Shown here: positions 61,609-64,000 of the stretch, one piece after another
Layout of the letters: the number at the start of each line of letters is the position of its first letter
Position numbering within the stretch: the stretch's first letter is position 1
Translations under genes and position numbers: made by a program
NCBI GenBank assembly: GCA_945865755.1
Contig: CAMBFS010000003.1
Location: 1 to 64,000 of the forward strand
Reading direction: 5' to 3'
DNA: 64,000 nt
From: Klebsiella pneumoniae
Lineage (GTDB): Bacteria > Desulfobacterota > Binatia > Bin18
Notes under the pieces: generated by a model
The model's database searches: none
Told to the model about the DNA's origin: nothing
What the model saw: only the letters and a program-made list of their open reading frames with translations

Positions 61609-64000
61609 TACGCGGCTCCCCGAACAACCTGGAGCTGCTCACGCAGTTGACCCGCAAGCTGGTCCGGGTTGGCGACTTTCCCACCGTTGCGCTCCGTCAC
61701 ATAAAAGACGTCCAACACATGGTCCACATTCGTGTTGATCTTGGCCAAGTGAATCACCAGTCCCAGCGTGAACAGCGTATGGGTCACCGAGAAGAGCAGT
61801 CCCATGCGATCCGGCGCGGTAATGTCGATCACGGTGTAATTGGCGGAACTGGTGTTATCGACTTCCACGTCCGTGCCATAGCGGGATGCGCGCTTATGGA
61901 GAAAGGGTGAGGAGCGGTTTGAGCGGACAAGATCTTCGAGCGTCCGTTTTCCGCGCAGCACCTCCTCTAGGCGCGCATAAATCAGCGTCCACGTATCGGC
62001 ATCCAGCACCATTTCTTGTCGGTCGGCATGCGAAATCTGGAAGACATCCAACGCCAGCCCGTCGTGACTGGTGGTGATCCGCGCTCCGCCAATACTCAAT
62101 CCCGCAGTGGCGAGGACGCCGGTGAGCATCGCAAACAGACCAGGGCGGTCCTGCGTCACGATCGTCAACTCGCTGTATTCCCGTTCGGGGAAATGGAGCA
62201 GCGTGGCCCGGTAGGGCTCGGCGCTGCCATTCTCGGATTGGGTGAAGCGGGTCACAAGCTGAAAATGACGGGGAATCGCTTCCTCTGGTGTCGATAACAA
62301 ATAGCTCTCTGGCATCGCGCCGAGAAACGTGGAGATGGCGTCGGGGGAAGCCGTGGCGCGCAGCGCGTGGAGCAGCCGATCCTTGCGACGAGCGAGTCGC
62401 GCGTCACGGTTCTCCTCGATCGGCTCACCAGTTTCAAGCCATTCGAGGGTGCGCAGATAGAGTTCATCAAGCAGCCCCCCTTTCCACGGATTCCAGACCT
62501 TGGGGCCGACCGCTTTCATGTCGGCGAAGGTCAAGAGATAGAGCTTCTTGAGCAGCGCGGGGGTTTCCACCATGCGGGCAAATTCCGCGATCACGGTTTC
62601 GTCGGAGAGGTCCTTCCGTTGAGCGATAGCGGACATGTGTAAATGGTGTTGGACGAGGAAGTGCCATTCATACGCCTCGTCTTGCGGCAGTTGCCAGCGC
62701 GCCGCGGTGGCTTGGGTCATCGCGGCGCCTCGTTTATCATGGTCATGGCCGTGGCCTTTGCCGACATCGTGGTAGAGCATGGAGAGGAACAGAAATTCAA
62801 TTTTATCAATTTCGCGAATGACCTGCGTTAACAGCGGATGGTCCGCTTTATACTCGCCATTGCGCAACCGCTCTAGTTCGACGATGCCACGCAACGAGTG
62901 CTCATCGACCGTGAAGAAATGGTACATGTCGCGTTGCGTTTGCCAGCGCAGCCGACCAAATTCCGGTAAGAGCCAGCCGAGCACGCCCAGATTGTGCATG
63001 GTCGTGAGAGTGGAGGACACTCGCTGCTTCCAAGCGAGGACGGCAAAGAGCGCCGCACGTGCTTCTGGCGTATCACCCAAGGCTGGGGGCAGTTGTTGAA
63101 CGTGGTCCGCGAGTAGACGTTGCGTGTCACGCGCGATCCGCACCTCATGCCGTTGCGCATCGTGAAAAACGGTAATGGTATTGAGCGGGTCTGTCGTCAG
63201 GATTGCGGCATCTGACACGACCAAGGTGCCATCAAGAATACGTACGCCGTTACGGATTTCTCGTCCTCCTGGCCGACTGAAAAACCCAGAGAACCGTGGA
63301 GTGGGTCGGCACCGTTCAAGCAGGACCTCCGAGAAGGTGGAGATCGTCGTCGCGTGGCGATAGTATTCCCGCATAAAGCTGGGGACAGTGGCGAAGCCTA
63401 ACGCGGGAGCAAGGGTATCCTGCCGCTCAAAGGTGAGCAGGTCTTGCTCCGCGTGCTCGGACAGATGCAGGGCATTGCGGACCCACCACAGAAAATCGCG
63501 CGCGGCTTCCACTTCCTTGAGCGTGGCGGCCGCGAGCACTCCTTTGGGAATGAGTTCGCGGAAGTCGCGAATTTTGAACTTCACTTTCGCCAACCACCCG
63601 GCGGTGTGCAAATCGCGGAGTCCGCCTTTGCCTTCCTTGAGGTGGGGCTCCAGAGTGTAAATCGAGTCCCCATAACGCCGATGTCGATCTTGGCTTTCCT
63701 GGGCTTTTTCTTGAAAGAACCGGTCGGCATTTTTATTGACGATCTCTCGCTCCAGCGCGGTGGTAAACTCGCCCACTAATGGTTCATCGCCACATAAATA
63801 GCGGTAGTCGATCAAGGAGGTTTTGACCTGGAAGTCTTGGTTGGCCAGACGGACGCATTCCCGGATGTTCCGCACGGCATGCCCCACCACGAATCCGGCG
63901 TCAAGCAAGCTATAATAGAGAGTCTCACAGATGGTTTCGACGTAAGGCGTGATTTTCCAGTGGTACAAGAAGAGCAGATCGATGTCGGAATAGGGGTTCA
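61608..64000 (-). CDS. glnD: [Protein-PII] uridylyltransferase (5' end outside the window)
   Basis: PYSDIDLL, EPHLKEGKGGLRD, HD domain YHDVGKG and two ACT domains (DRPGLF, DRMGLL). Confidence 0.96.
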   Translation of the reverse strand, partial: NPYSDIDLLFLYHWKITPYVETICETLYYSLLDAGFVVGHAVRNIRECVRLANQDFQVKTSLIDYRYLCGDEPLVGEFTTALEREIVNKNADRFFQEKAQESQDRHRRYGDSIYTLEPHLKEGKGGLRDLHTAGWLAKVKFKIRDFRELIPKGVLAAATLKEVEAARDFLWWVRNALHLSEHAEQDLLTFERQDTLAPALGFATVPSFMREYYRHATTISTFSEVLLERCRPTPRFSGFFSRPGGREIRNGVRILDGTLVVSDAAILTTDPLNTITVFHDAQRHEVRIARDTQRLLADHVQQLPPALGDTPEARAALFAVLAWKQRVSSTLTTMHNLGVLGWLLPEFGRLRWQTQRDMYHFFTVDEHSLRGIVELERLRNGEYKADHPLLTQVIREIDKIEFLFLSMLYHDVGKGHGHDHDKRGAAMTQATAARWQLPQDEAYEWHFLVQHHLHMSAIAQRKDLSDETVIAEFARMVETPALLKKLYLLTFADMKAVGPKVWNPWKGGLLDELYLRTLEWLETGEPIEENRDARLARRKDRLLHALRATASPDAISTFLGAMPESYLLSTPEEAIPRHFQLVTRFTQSENGSAEPYRATLLHFPEREYSELTIVTQDRPGLFAMLTGVLATAGLSIGGARITTSHDGLALDVFQISHADRQEMVLDADTWTLIYARLEEVLRGKRTLEDLVRSNRSSPFLHKRASRYGTDVEVDNTSSANYTVIDITAPDRMGLLFSVTHTLFTLGLVIHLAKINTNVDHVLDVFYVTERNGGKVANPDQLAGQLREQLQVVRGAA

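Overview
A 64-kb GC-rich bacterial chromosomal window. The gene content (several LLM/F420-type oxidoreductases, three family III CoA transferases, DUF1329, three wHTH-AAA-TPR STAND regulators, MeaB, a PQQ dehydrogenase) resembles uncultured Binatota/Deltaproteobacteria-like genomes; this is inference only. Core genes are eno, ftsB, gcvH, pyrF, proS, hemQ, meaB, xerD and a partial glnD. Accessory content includes an ISAzo13-like end, four toxin-antitoxin pairs, a type II R-M pair, Wzm with a double-NBD Wzt, and a decaying Ig-adhesin / carboxypeptidase-regulatory-like / PLC-like cassette. Main observations: (i) a STAND/TPR regulator divergent from a 119-aa orphan gene plus a ComQ-like DDxxD prenyltransferase, a candidate new prenylated-peptide signalling system; (ii) two paralogous STAND regulators with near-identical flanks but divergent TPR sensor segments, one with an 11-bp-periodic operator and one frameshifted within a heptamer array; (iii) a 203-bp MITE with 10-bp target duplications that carries REP palindromes and inserts into them; (iv) 7-10-bp tandem and inverted repeat arrays that also invade ORFs, including proS; (v) an unannotated 33-aa PAKK-repeat histone-H1-like microprotein. 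All family assignments come from motif recognition; no searches were run.
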